Position numbers and translations under genes: made by a program
Assembly: GCA_963666365.2 (NCBI GenBank)
Contig: CAXXNF010000001.1
Coordinates: 672,001-736,000 of the forward strand
Source: Syntrophales bacterium
GTDB taxonomy: Bacteria; Desulfobacterota; Syntrophia; Syntrophales; UBA2210
Length of the DNA: 64,000 nt
Direction of reading: 5' to 3'
Notes under the pieces: model-generated
Databases searched by the model: none
Told to the model about the DNA's origin: nothing
What the model saw: the letters and a program-made list of their open reading frames with translations, nothing else
Shown here: positions 8,666-20,800 of the stretch, in pieces
Numbering within the stretch: the first letter of the stretch is position 1
Layout of the letters: each line of letters starts with the position of its first letter

Positions 8666-10786
8666 TTATTCCAGAATACTGGCAACTTTAAAAAAATTGC
8701 CTTTGACCGCCGGGGCGTTCTGGAGCAGAACGCCTGTTTCAGCCATAACCGAGCGTTTTGCGGTCAGCCCGGGCCGCGTGCGGTGCGTCGCGGGCAACAC
8801 CGAACGGATCGGTTCATCGTTTCCCGCCCTGTCGCAGGCAACCTCCGCCAGCGACTGAGCCTGCGAGAGCACCGCTTCCAAAATCGCCCGCTCCTCGGTC
8901 GCGATACCGATGCGCGACACCCAGGACAGACGGTCCAGCATATTTTCTTTTTCCGTGGTTCCGGGCAGCACATCCTTGCCGCCCAAATTCAGAAGGCCCA
9001 GTTCGGCCAACTGTTCCCGTTCAACGACGGACGGCGCCCCGGTGAGCGGGCAACCGGCGGAACGGTTTTTCGGGAAGGCGATGACCTCGCGAATGGACTG
9101 CGTTTTGAGAATCATCGACACCACACGGTCCATGCCCAGCGCGAGGCCCCCGTGGGGCGGCGCACCATAATCAAAAGCCCTCAGGAAGAAACCGAATTTT
9201 TCCCGCATGTCCTTTTCGGTAAGCCCCAGTGCCGTGAATATTTTACGCTGGAGGTCGCGGTTGCTGATACGAATGCTTCCGCCGCCCAGTTCCTCTCCGT
9301 TCATCACCAGGTCGTAGGCGCGGGAACGCAGGCTGAGCAGTTCTTCCACATTTTTCGGATCGAAATCCGTCCGGTCCGGCGCCGTGAAGGGATGGTGGCT
9401 CGATGTAACGGCGCCCTCCTCGGCGGCTTCAAAAAGGGGAAATTCCGTGATCCAGACCGGACAAAAGCTGTCTTCGGGAATGAGGTTCAAACGATGCGCC
9501 AGGTGCAGGCGCAGCTGCCCCAACGCGGAGGTGACGGTTGTGTAGGAGGGATCGGCCACCATAATCAGCACATCGCCGTCTTCCACGTCAAAACGCTTCT
9601 TGAGCAGGACCAGTTCCGCTTCGCTGAAAAACCGGACAATATTGGATTCCAATTTTCCGCCTTCGGCCCGCATCCAGGTCATACCTTTGGCGCCGAAAGA
9701 CGGCGCAATCTCCTTGGCATACTCATTTTGCAGCACATTTTTGCTTAACTGTTCGGATCGGCCCCTGATGTTGATGCCCTTGATGCAACCGCCGCGCTTC
9801 AGTATCTGTTGGAAAATTGAATACTTAGTGTCGGTAAATACATCCGTGACGTCCACGAAACGGAGGCCGAATCGCAAATCGGGCCGGTCAGAACCGGTGG
9901 CGTCCATCGCATCGGCGTAGGTCATGCGCGGAAAAGGCCTGGGAAGATCGATGTCACCCAGCGTAAACATCTGAACCGTCAGCTCCTCGATCAGCTCATA
10001 GAGAAATTCCTCGTCGATAAAAGACGCTTCCAGATCGAGCTGTGTGAATTCCGGCTGACGGTTGGGACGCAAATCCTCGTCGCGGAAACAGCGGGCCAGT
10101 TGAAAATAACGCTCCAGGCCGCCGATCATCAGCAGTTGCTTGAACAGCTGCGGCGACTGGGGCAGGGCGTAGAAGCTTCCCGGATGCACACGGCTGGGTA
10201 CCAGATAGTCGCGGGCGCCTTCGGGGGTGCTCATCGTAAGCACGGGCGTTTCCACTTCCACAAAGCCCCGCTCATCGAGAAACCGGCGTACACACTGGAA
10301 AATCTTGTGCCGCAACCGCAGATTGTTTTGCATGACGGGGCGGCGGATATCGAGGTAGCGGTACTGCAAGCGCAGCTCTTCCGAAACCTGCTCCGTGCCT
10401 GACGTTTCGGCGCCCGCTACCATGGCCTTGTCGGATATGACAAAGGGCAGAGGATCGGAGTCGGCCAGCACGGTTACATTCTGTGCAATGACTTCAACAT
10501 CTCCGGTTTCGATATGGGGGTTTTCCGTCCCGGAACGCCGCCTTGTGACTTCGCCTTCCACGGTGACGCAATACTCCGCCCGCAGTGCCGAGGCCGCCTC
10601 GCATACATCCCCGGGGGCAATCTCCGGATTAAAGACAATCTGCACGATGCCGCTGCGATCACGCAGATGAATGAAGATAAGACCGCCGTGATCGCGGTAG
10701 GCATCCACCCATCCGCACAGTTGTACCTGTTGACCAATTTTTTCAGCCGAAATGGCGCCGCAAAAAATCCTCCCGGAAAAGCTCAT
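8666..10786 (-). CDS. aspS: Non-discriminating aspartyl-tRNA synthetase fused to a C-terminal GatC-like domain
   Basis: RDHGG, STPEGARDYLVPSR, CFRDED..RQPEFTQLD, GAPPHGGLALG; tail LSWVSRIG...NAPAVKGNFFKVASILE is GatC-like. Confidence 0.93.
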   Translation of the reverse strand: MSFSGRIFCGAISAEKIGQQVQLCGWVDAYRDHGGLIFIHLRDRSGIVQIVFNPEIAPGDVCEAASALRAEYCVTVEGEVTRRRSGTENPHIETGDVEVIAQNVTVLADSDPLPFVISDKAMVAGAETSGTEQVSEELRLQYRYLDIRRPVMQNNLRLRHKIFQCVRRFLDERGFVEVETPVLTMSTPEGARDYLVPSRVHPGSFYALPQSPQLFKQLLMIGGLERYFQLARCFRDEDLRPNRQPEFTQLDLEASFIDEEFLYELIEELTVQMFTLGDIDLPRPFPRMTYADAMDATGSDRPDLRFGLRFVDVTDVFTDTKYSIFQQILKRGGCIKGINIRGRSEQLSKNVLQNEYAKEIAPSFGAKGMTWMRAEGGKLESNIVRFFSEAELVLLKKRFDVEDGDVLIMVADPSYTTVTSALGQLRLHLAHRLNLIPEDSFCPVWITEFPLFEAAEEGAVTSSHHPFTAPDRTDFDPKNVEELLSLRSRAYDLVMNGEELGGGSIRISNRDLQRKIFTALGLTEKDMREKFGFFLRAFDYGAPPHGGLALGMDRVVSMILKTQSIREVIAFPKNRSAGCPLTGAPSVVEREQLAELGLLNLGGKDVLPGTTEKENMLDRLSWVSRIGIATEERAILEAVLSQAQSLAEVACDRAGNDEPIRSVLPATHRTRPGLTAKRSVMAETGVLLQNAPAVKGNFFKVASILE

Positions 10787-10953
10787 ACAATATATATCCT
10801 TTCTGCTGGAATCGCGTGACGCATACCCGCCTCCCTGGCATGGCTAAAATCCTACCGCTACAGACGGGGATCTCTGCGCGCCGGCGTTGCATTCAACGGC
10901 GCGAGTACTTTTTTTCTTTTACCCCCCCCATCTCCGGGATCGCCGTCCGGGAC

Positions 10954-10982
10954 AGCATAATGCGCATGCCATCCATTGTCAA
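10954..10982 (-). promoter_or_regulatory. sigma70 promoter of the aspS-gatAB operon
   Basis: Minus strand TTGACA-17 nt-TATGCT. Confidence 0.65.
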
Positions 10983-11060
10983 GGCCGCAGAACCTTTAGA
11001 AAAGAAAACATGGTTGTAGTGTGTCGGATGGCCCGTTCCTCCGGTGTCTCGAGTGGGTCA

Positions 11061-11681
11061 TCAGGAGCAGTGCGCCGTCCACTGATCCATTTCGCGGAAA
11101 AAAGAGTCTGCATCCCTGTAGTGCACGGCCTTCCAACCTTTCTGCCGCGCCCGTTCGACATGCCCGGGGTGATCATCGACAAACACTATCCTTTCAGCAG
11201 GTCGCTTAATCCGGGCAGCGATATCGTCAAATAATGAGGCGTCGCGCTTGCCCTTCCCGATATGGTAGCTGTTGAACACATAGTCGAAGAACTTGAAGAA
11301 ATCATAGGCGGCGTTGAGTTCATCGAGCATATCGATCTGATCGCTCAAGATTCCCACAATCAGATTGCATCCCCTGAGTCGCTTCACGTAATCGATCATC
11401 CAGTCTCGTACCACAAAACGTGAAAAAATCTCCTGACGCAGGGCAGCTTCGTCACCGGAAATGCCCGTTTTCCCCTTGAGAACCCTCCAGAATTTTTTTT
11501 CAGCACCGACGCCGGTGAGATAACCCGTCTCGTAGGCTGTATCGGCTGCCGCTTCCGCAAGCCAATCGCCGTCCAGTCCCTGTGCGCGGGCGATCGCCGT
11601 AAAGCCGTTCTTCCACCCCTCTTCCGCCAGCACCCCTCCGAAATCGAACATCACCACATCAATTGTTTCAGTCTTCCCCAT
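11061..11681 (-). CDS. HAD-family hydrolase
   Basis: FDFGGVL motif I, ILSD, GKGK, FVDD..GHVERA. Confidence 0.88.
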   Translation of the reverse strand: MGKTETIDVVMFDFGGVLAEEGWKNGFTAIARAQGLDGDWLAEAAADTAYETGYLTGVGAEKKFWRVLKGKTGISGDEAALRQEIFSRFVVRDWMIDYVKRLRGCNLIVGILSDQIDMLDELNAAYDFFKFFDYVFNSYHIGKGKRDASLFDDIAARIKRPAERIVFVDDHPGHVERARQKGWKAVHYRDADSFFREMDQWTAHCS

Positions 11682-11760
11682 CGGTTTTTTCTGTCCTTTC
11701 TTCCCTGTCATACCGGTCACTGATTGCCTGAACTTCCCCCCTTTTACTCCCATAATGACC

Positions 11761-11789
11761 TTGACACAAAAAATTTCTCTTCATATAAT
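11761..11789 (+). promoter_or_regulatory. Consensus sigma70 promoter for the giant surface protein gene
   Basis: TTGACA-17 nt-TATAAT, perfect match. Confidence 0.8.
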
Positions 11790-11875
11790 GCAAAAAAAGT
11801 AAGTAAATCCTTATTATCACTTCAGACAGAACCTTCTGCCCGCTGACGTTACAAAGCAATGAAGGGACCTTTGTC

Positions 11876-14800
11876 ATGACGCGTACCATAATCAATGCAT
11901 TTTTCATTTCTGCAGTTTGCCTTTTTTGTCCGCTTTTTCTGACACAGAGTACCGCCCTTTCCTGCGCTGTCACTGCACAGTCTGTTCCTTACGGCGTCAA
12001 TTCAGCCGGCGAAACCACGACTGCCGATGCCTGTCTCGACAACTATCCCGGCCTGACCTTTTCTCAGGCGGATTTGTATATTCTGCGGCACCAGCTCGAC
12101 TCCCTCCGCTATAACTATGAAGCCTATCGATCAACCATGTTTCAGCATTTCGAAATGTTTCAAGGCGCCTCGCCTTACAGCAACAAAGTAAATCTGGAAA
12201 CCCTGGGACCGCTCTATTCCGAAGACTACAAAAAGATCCTTCAGTTCGCCTCCGGCAGCGGCAGTGATCCCTCCGCCGCCTCACTGATGGAAGAGGCCAA
12301 GGAAAAGATCAACATGGAGGAGATCGTCGCAACAGCGGGAAGCGAACTGTCGGAGAAACTGCTCGAAATGGCGGGGGTCTCCATCATCCTCATGCCGCTG
12401 GATAAATTCAAACAGTGCGCCCAGTTTCTGGCGACGGCGACACTCGACGGACTGAACGGCATGATGGACAACTTCTATACCGGTGCGGCCGAGCTGTACC
12501 TGTTTCAAGCCTGGGAAGATTCCCAGGGTGATGAAATATACAACCCCAACTACACGCTGGAAGAGAATGCCGATCAGACCGCCCGCGTGATCAACGGCAT
12601 GACGAACGCCATTAACCTGATCGAAACGGCCAACGGCCAGTCTTCTTTCAGTTACAGCGCGTCGGTAAGCGAAAACCAAGCGGCCTGGACGGCGCTGGAA
12701 ACGGCGCTGAACAACCAAAAAGGGCTTATTGCCACACTGGACAGCAAGGCACAGACCACGCGGGGAGAATACGGCCTCGGAAGATCAGTGGTGTGGCAGT
12801 GGACAAGCGAAGCCCTGCAAGCGGTCGATATGGATCCTTTGTCGGATGCGGGAGACGTCAACGGCGACGGCGTGACTGAAATGCTGGCCGATGCCATTCT
12901 GCTGGCCTGGAAGATGGAACTCGATTCGCTGCGCGGGACGATCGACCTGCAGCGCGAACTGATCGATGAGTACACCGTTCCGGAACTGGAACTTCTGTCA
13001 TTCATCGATCCGAATCCCGATTCGGAGATAGACCGATACCCCGTAAGCGATCACGGAAACCTTCCGGCATATACCCATGCACTACCGAACGCGCCGGACT
13101 GGACCGTCGGTCCCTCCGGTTGCGATTTCACCACCATACAGGCGGCCGTTGCCGCCGCTTCTCCCGGCGACGCGATCATGGTGTCGCCCAAAGAGAACAA
13201 TGCCTATTATCAGGAATCCGTCATCATTGATAAGGAAGGGGTGATCCTTTATGGAGATCCCGCGGCTCGCCCCTTTATCGGGACATCCGACGGAACGCCC
13301 CCTCTTCCGTTCGGAATCGAAATCGCCGCCGACAACGTGACGGTCTCCAATCTGATCATTCAACGGACCGTCCGGGGAATAATTGTGAAGGGCAACGGCG
13401 CCGCTGTCGTCAATAATCTCATTCAATGGACTATCTACGGCATTCTCGTCGAAGAGTGTCATGACGGCCTTTTTGCAGGGAATATCGTCGACGAGGCAGT
13501 GGGCCGGGCGATACGGCTAGAGCGCGGCGCCGGCAACACACTTTATTACAATTCATTCAATCTCAAATCGGACGTTGCTGGTACGGCCTGCGCCTACAGC
13601 AGCGGCGTCAATACCTGGGACGACGGCGTCGATACAGGCAACTTCTGGAGCGATTACGACGGATCGGGGATCTATCCCATTGCAGACGGACGAGAGAAAG
13701 ACGACCGTGTATATGGCGCTGCGGCCGTGACACCCGGCGCCACATTGACGGCAAAAACGCTTGTCAGGGGAGCAATGGGCGACGATACGATTGAAGTGGA
13801 TTTTTATTTCGGCAACCCGGACAACGGGGGAATTCTGCTTAATGCCTCGCCGGTCCTGGCCGAGATTCGGGGCAATTACGCCGTTGCCGTGTACGAGTGG
13901 GACACTGCAGGGTTTCTCGGCACACAGGATATTCACGTCCGCATACACGGTGCAGGCGACGGCGTTACGGAAAAAGTCAGAGTCTTTCCCTCCGGTCTAT
14001 GGCCGAGCTCGGCGGCCACTCTTTTCGTAACCGGGTTGCATCTGGAACCCGGGGACGACCTGACCCTTTTCAACGCTATACACTGGATCGATTCACCTTA
14101 CGAAAGTCCGGGAATTACGGTTCCGGACGGTGCATCCCTTTCCCTATCGGGTGTAATCTTTTCCGTACTGGAAAATCTCGCCGTTTCAGTTGCCGCCGAA
14201 GGAGCCTTCTTCTCCCACAATGACGTGAACTGGAATACGGATGTCGATCTCTTTCACAGAGGCGAACGCCTTCTGGAGGAAGGCTTTGCGCCGGTTGTCT
14301 CGAATACTTCCTTGAATCTGGAGCACAACGTTATCAATCTCAGGGGCTGCGGGAACATAGATTGGCAGGGCAGGGACTTTACCGGATATGAAATAACGCT
14401 TTCGAACCTCACCGACCTTAGAATGGAAAACGTGACGGCCGATGCCGTGACGATTACAGACTGCACTTTCGGCGCCTCCGCTCCCGGAACGATCACGAAC
14501 GCTCATATTCCGCTCATTACCCTGCGTAACAGCGATTCGTTCCATATCACCGACAGTGTCTTCGGCGGCAATGGGCGCATTGTCCTGGAACAGGGTATCG
14601 ATAATCTTCAAATCAGCGGAAATACCTTTACTGATATCGAGGGATACGCCATCAGTGGAACAGCCGTGACCGCCGGAAACCTTCTCGTGGAATCGAATAC
14701 CTTCGATAATTGTTTCGGCTGCTTCTCTCTGTCTCTGGCAAGCGACACGACCGGAATCAATTTCCAGGAAAACGACATCACCGGCCTTGCCACGGCGGGC

Positions 14801-17800
14801 TATGCCGGGGTCTATCTAAACGCCTCCACTCTTTTGAACAATAGGGACCTTACTATCACAGGCAACACCTTTGTCAACAGTAGTGCGCACACTGTCAAGG
14901 CAGTCCATCTCGTCAACCTGGACGGAGGGACAATCAAAAATAACACCTTCACCTATGTCGATTACGGGCTCTATCTTCAGGGGTGCCGCAACATCACCGC
15001 CACGGTGAACCGTTTTCTGGAAGGCAGCAACGGATACGACAGCTCAGGTTCAACGAACAACCGGTGGTATGAAAACCGTCTGGGCAACTACTGGAGCGGG
15101 TTTCGTTGCGAAACACCCAATGAGGCAAACCTTCAGGTATTCTCCTGCCCCTATGTCAATGGATTCGGGGTCAACGATCCCTATCCGCTCATCCGCGACA
15201 GGTTGATCGAATCGGTGGTTGCCGTGCCGACAACGGGAAGGACGGAAGAGACATCATCGGGGATATCATGGCCCAACCCGCGTTTTGAGATTCAGCACGA
15301 CGGAAACGTAGTGCTGGATCGCCTTACCGGCCTGATGTGGTGCGCTGAAGGAAACGCCATAGGCGATTTCTGTCCCGGGTTTGATACAGACGATGTTGAA
15401 GGGGACGGCAAAATCACATGGGCCAGGGCGCTCAATTTCATCAACTACGTGAACAGCGGCAACTGTGGCGAAATCTCGGCAGGGTATACCGACTGGCGCC
15501 TTCCTAACATGAACGAACTTGAGAGCCTATGGAATACATCATCTCTGACCATAAAGGATTTTCTGGATAACGCCGGTTTTTCCAATATGCAGTCAGGCAG
15601 ATACTGGTCTTCAACCACCCATTATCCGGATGGATTTGCCTATACTGTTGATTTTACGACAGGAGAAATTGTCATTGAATACTGGAATAACTGCACCTAT
15701 TCTCTAATGGTGCGAGGCGGCGCTGATGGCGGCACGGATCCCGCATATCCCGCAAATATCGCGCAAACCGGACAGATCACCAGTCACATGAACGGAGACG
15801 ACGGTGATCTGCAACGAGGGATTGCCTGGCCTTCCGACCGGTTTGTCGACAACGGCGATGGAACAGTAACGGATGTGCTTACCGGTCTGATGTGGTTTGC
15901 AGAAACCGGCAGGTCATACACCTGGCAGGAAATTCCGGCTGTCATGGAAGCGCTCAACAACGGCACATATCTATTTGACACCAACAGAGGGTACTCGGAC
16001 TGGCGGCTGCCCAGTGTCCAGGAGTTGCTCAGTCTCGATTGTTATTTCAATGTATATCCCGAAGGCTATCTGTATCCCAACGGCGGTATTCCCGATTCTG
16101 TCCTTTTGGATTATGTGTGGAGTGCCACGACCCGACCGGATGACACATCCAAAGCCTATGTCATGAATTTGGGGGACGGGCAGCTCATTTCCGAGAACAA
16201 ACTGGACCCGCACCTCGCATTCATACGATTCATACCCGTCCGCGGCGGCCTGTATCGTCCCGCCGCCGCCACGCGGCTACACATGACCCCCGAGGCACTT
16301 GACTTTGGGGCAGTGGCAATGCTGGGCAGCCAAACGGAACTGTTGGAAGTGCGCAATGACGGAATCAATTCTGCCGCGATTTTCTTAGTTTCACTGATCG
16401 GGGAGCATGCCGACAGCTTTTCCCTGCTCAGCGAGCCGATGCCTCACAGCCTGATTCCGGGAGGAGGAAGCGATACGATAGAAGTAGTGTTCAATCCGAC
16501 GAGCCCCGGTGAAAAACAGGCCCGTCTGATCATCTATTCAGACGATCCGATTACCCTCTGGGACGAGATCCCCCTGAGGGGAACATCGACAGAGCATACC
16601 GTCTCCATCGGGTTCCAGGGTAACGGCAGTGGAGTCATCGAGGCCCATTCCCACTATGACAATCAGACATACAGCTTCTCTGAAAGCGGCACGCTGCAAG
16701 TCGTACCCGGCACCGATGTAACCTTCACGGCAACCCCCGCCGCCGGGTCGCACTTTGACTGCTGGACGGGTCTTCCCGAGGACGTGTCACGCAGTAACCC
16801 CATAACCGTGCGTATCAATGCGGATACGACCGTAACCGCTACGTTTGCCCTGGATACGTTCACGGTGCGCGGGAGCGTCGCCACAGCCGGCGGCGCCATC
16901 AGTCCCTCGGGATCGGTGACGGTAGATTACGGACAGGACCAGGCCTTTACCTTTGCCGCCGATCCTCACTATTTCCTGTCAGACGTCCGTGTCGATGGGG
17001 CATCCGTTGGGACGCCGGACGCGTACACCTTCGAAAACATCAGCGGGGATCACAGCATTACCGCAGATTTTACGTTGATCCCCTACAGCGTCGCTGCAAG
17101 CGCCGGCAATGGCGGCGCCATATCTCCCTCGGGCACTCTGGAGATGAATGTTACCCAAGAGCAGATCTTTGCGATAACACCCGAACCAGGTTATGCCATC
17201 TCCGATCTGCTGGTCGATGGCGTGTCCCAGGGCGCCGTTTCCTCTTACACACTTTCAAACCCGGAAGAAAATCACACCATCGAGGCGGTCTTCGAGACAA
17301 TCGAGTATGCCGTTTCAATTACCCACAGCGGTTTAGGTACGATAGACCCGGCAGGACCTCTGACCATGACGGTGGAGGATACACAGACGCTTCTATTCAC
17401 CCCTGACGCATATTACTGGTATGTCCAGGATGTCCTTGTCAATGGTCAATCCCAGGGGGCAAGTGATGTCTACGAGATCGCAGGCGTAACTGAAAATCTG
17501 GATATTCAGGTGATATTCGAAACGGACTGGCACAGGTTTGAAGCAACGGCAGGAGAAGGGGGAACGGTCTTGCCTATCGGTGAATATTACGTCGCGCCCG
17601 GTGAAACTCGACGCGTTATTATTACCCCCGATGACGGCTATCTGATCGCCGATGTCGTGGTGGACGGCGTCTCTCTTGGGGTGATAGACCGCTATACTTT
17701 TACGAATGTGGACGCGGTCCACTCAATCGAGGCCTCCTTTGTCGCCCATGACCCGTTGCCCCTCTCCCTTCCCAGGACCGGCGCCGATATTTCCTGGTAT

Positions 17801-20800
17801 GAAGGTGACGACGGCGATCTACAGGAAGGCATCGAATGGCCTGATCCCCGATTTACCGATAACGGAGATGGAACCATTACCGATAATCTGACGGGTCTTA
17901 TCTGGCTTAAAGACAGCGCCGCACTGGGCGCGCACAGCTGGGAAAATGCCTTGGTTGCCATCGAAACGCTCAACACCTCCCCCCAGAGCATCGCTCCAAC
18001 CGGCTATGACGGAGATTATCCAGACTGGCGCATGCCCAATCAATTCGAGCTGCTCAGCCTCTTTGTCAACGCAGGGGAGGGGGACTTGACCGCATGGCTC
18101 GCACGCGCCGGATTTACCTGCGGTTCATCGATATGGTCGTCCACAACGGCACAAAGTTACTTTCTCCCTGCTTTTTATGTCGAATCGGGTACGTCCGGAT
18201 TCACGTACCTCACGGCAAACAAAACCGACGTCAAGGGAATACTTGCGGTACGGGGCACATCAACGGGCCCGTTTACGGTTCCCAAAACCGGTCAAACAAT
18301 ATCCTATGCGCCGGGAGACGATGGCGATCTGCAAAAAGGGGCAACCTGGCCTTCCCCCCGCTTTGTCGACAACGGAGACGGCACGGTCACGGATCAGCTT
18401 ACCAATCTGATGTGGCTGAAGACGGCCAACCCCTTAAAGTCATACAACACTCCTTCTTTGGGCGATTCCGACGGATGTGCCAACTGGCACAACTCGTTGC
18501 TTTTTATCAATAAACTTAACGATGGCGATTATTCCGAAAAAACGGACCTTTTCGACGACTGGCATCTTCCCAATGCCTGGGAGTTTTTAAGTCTCTACAA
18601 TCCCTCACAGAGCGTGCCGGTCTTTGCGGAGCGCCCCTTTACCGAAACCAGCGGTTCGACCGGAACCGTTCCACGAGACGACCTGTACTGGACGGGAACG
18701 ATCAGTCCGGTTGACGGCGATTTCGGTGGACGCGTGCTGACAAAAATCGACGGGAGCAATTACCAGCGAAGCTACTACGAATGGAATGAACTTTCAACCG
18801 CGGCCGCCGTGGCCTGGGTCGTGCGCGATGCATCGAAAGTGACCGTGCATACCTGCGTTTCAGGAAACGGCAGCGTTTCACCGTCGGGCGACATCAGGGT
18901 GGATATCGACGGGAACCAGACCTTTACCATTGCCGCCGACAGGGGCTACGAAATCGCCGATGTCATCGTTGACGGTGTGTCCGTCGGCGCGGTGAATTCC
19001 TACACCTTCGAAAACCTTACGGAACCGCACACATTGGAAGTGCAGTTCGCACCATTGACCTACACGATTACCACGGGCGTCACGGGAAACGGATCGATCC
19101 TGCCTGAGGGGAATCAGGCAGTGGAATACGGTCAGTCCCTGCGCCTCACCTTCACCCCGGATTACGGGTCGGTGGTTGCCGACGTGCTGGTGGACGGCCT
19201 TTCAGTTGGAAATTCTTCATATTATATATTCGACAGCGTAACCGAACACCACGACGTTGCCGTGGTGTTTGAAGAGATGTCCGGCCAGCGTGCCGAGGCG
19301 CCTGCCACGGGTCAAACAATTTCCTACGCCGCCGGGGACGATGGCGCGCATCAAAGCGGTGTTGTCTGGCCTGAACCACGGTTTGTCGATAACGGCGACG
19401 GCACGATTACGGATATGCTCACGGGCCTCATGTGGCTGAAGCACGCCAATCTGGGAACACTGGAAAGAGGTTGGTCCCATACGTGGAACGGCGCACTGGC
19501 TGAAGTGGCGGCCTTCAACAGTGATCCAGCATCTTTCGCCCGTGAAGAATACACGGCTGACTATACAGACTGGCGGCTTCCTAGCATTGTTGAACTCAGC
19601 AGCATTCTGCGCAACGCAGGCGTTTCGGATATTAAAACCTGGCTCGAGGATGCGGGATTTCTTTACGTGCCGTCCGGCAATTCCTGGACGTCTACCACGC
19701 TGACGCTCGGTCCGACCACCTATGCCTACTATGCCGCGATTTATTCCAATTCCGGACTTGATGAGGTCGGTTATCATGATGTGTCTCAGAGCTTCTACAC
19801 ATGGCCTGTCCGGGGGACCGCCAGCGGTGCGATCTACCTGCCGTCGACCGGGCAGACTGTAAGTTATGCCGACGGCGACGACGGGAACCTCAAAAAAGGG
19901 CTTGCCTGGCCCGAACCGCGCTTTATTGACAACGGCAACGGAACCATTACCGATGAGCTGACCGGCCTGATGTGGCTGAAAAACGCAGATCTCGCTTCAG
20001 GGGAAGTTGAATGGTCTTCGGCCCTGAACACCGTCGCCGGAATCAACAACGGCAGTATCAGCGGTGCCTGCGGCTACAGGGACTGGCGGCTTCCCACGCT
20101 CGCCGAACAGATGAGCCTGATAGACTGGTCTGCCGCATACCCGCCCTTGCCTGCAGGGCACCCCTTTGTGAATTTGCAACTGGCTGAGTATTGGACCTCC
20201 ACCACCGACGCAAGCTCCGACATTTCAGCATATATCGTTGATTCCCGTTTTGCCGAAATTCATAATTATCCCAAAACCGGTTCTTACTATTCAGACAATT
20301 ATGTCATGGCTGTTCGAAATACCTATTACACGATCACTTACAGTCCGCCGACGTTGACAAATCGGGATGTGACGGCCGCAATCACCTTCAGCGACGAAAC
20401 GTTGACCGTCACCAGCGAGGGCGGCGCCGCGCACGTATTCACCGAAAACGGTACATGGGACTTTACCTTCGAAGACGGGGAAAGCGCTACCGGTACGGTG
20501 ACGGCCACCGTCGACTGGATCGACAAAGCGCCGCCCACGGCGACCATTGCCTATTCAACCACCGATACGACAAACCAGGATGTCGTGGCAACGATCACAT
20601 TAAGCGACGGCTCGGTGACCAGCGAGGGCGGCGCCACACACACCTTCACAGAAAATGGTGACTGGACCTTTACGTTTGAAGACGATCTCGGTAACAGCGG
20701 CACAGCGTCAGCAACAGTGAACTGGATTGACAAGGCGCCGCCCACGGCGACCATCGCCTACTCAACCGTGTATTCCACCAATCAGGATGTGACAGCCACA

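Noticed and set aside
10820..10950. ykkC/guanidine riboswitch or T-box in the aspS leader
   Set aside because: Only a vague resemblance (CGGTAGGAT..GCC..GGGAGG); the conserved cores of those families are absent.
15260..20320. DUF1566 domains as targets of a diversity-generating retroelement
   Set aside because: No reverse transcriptase and no near-identical template/variable repeat pair differing only at adenines is visible in the window.
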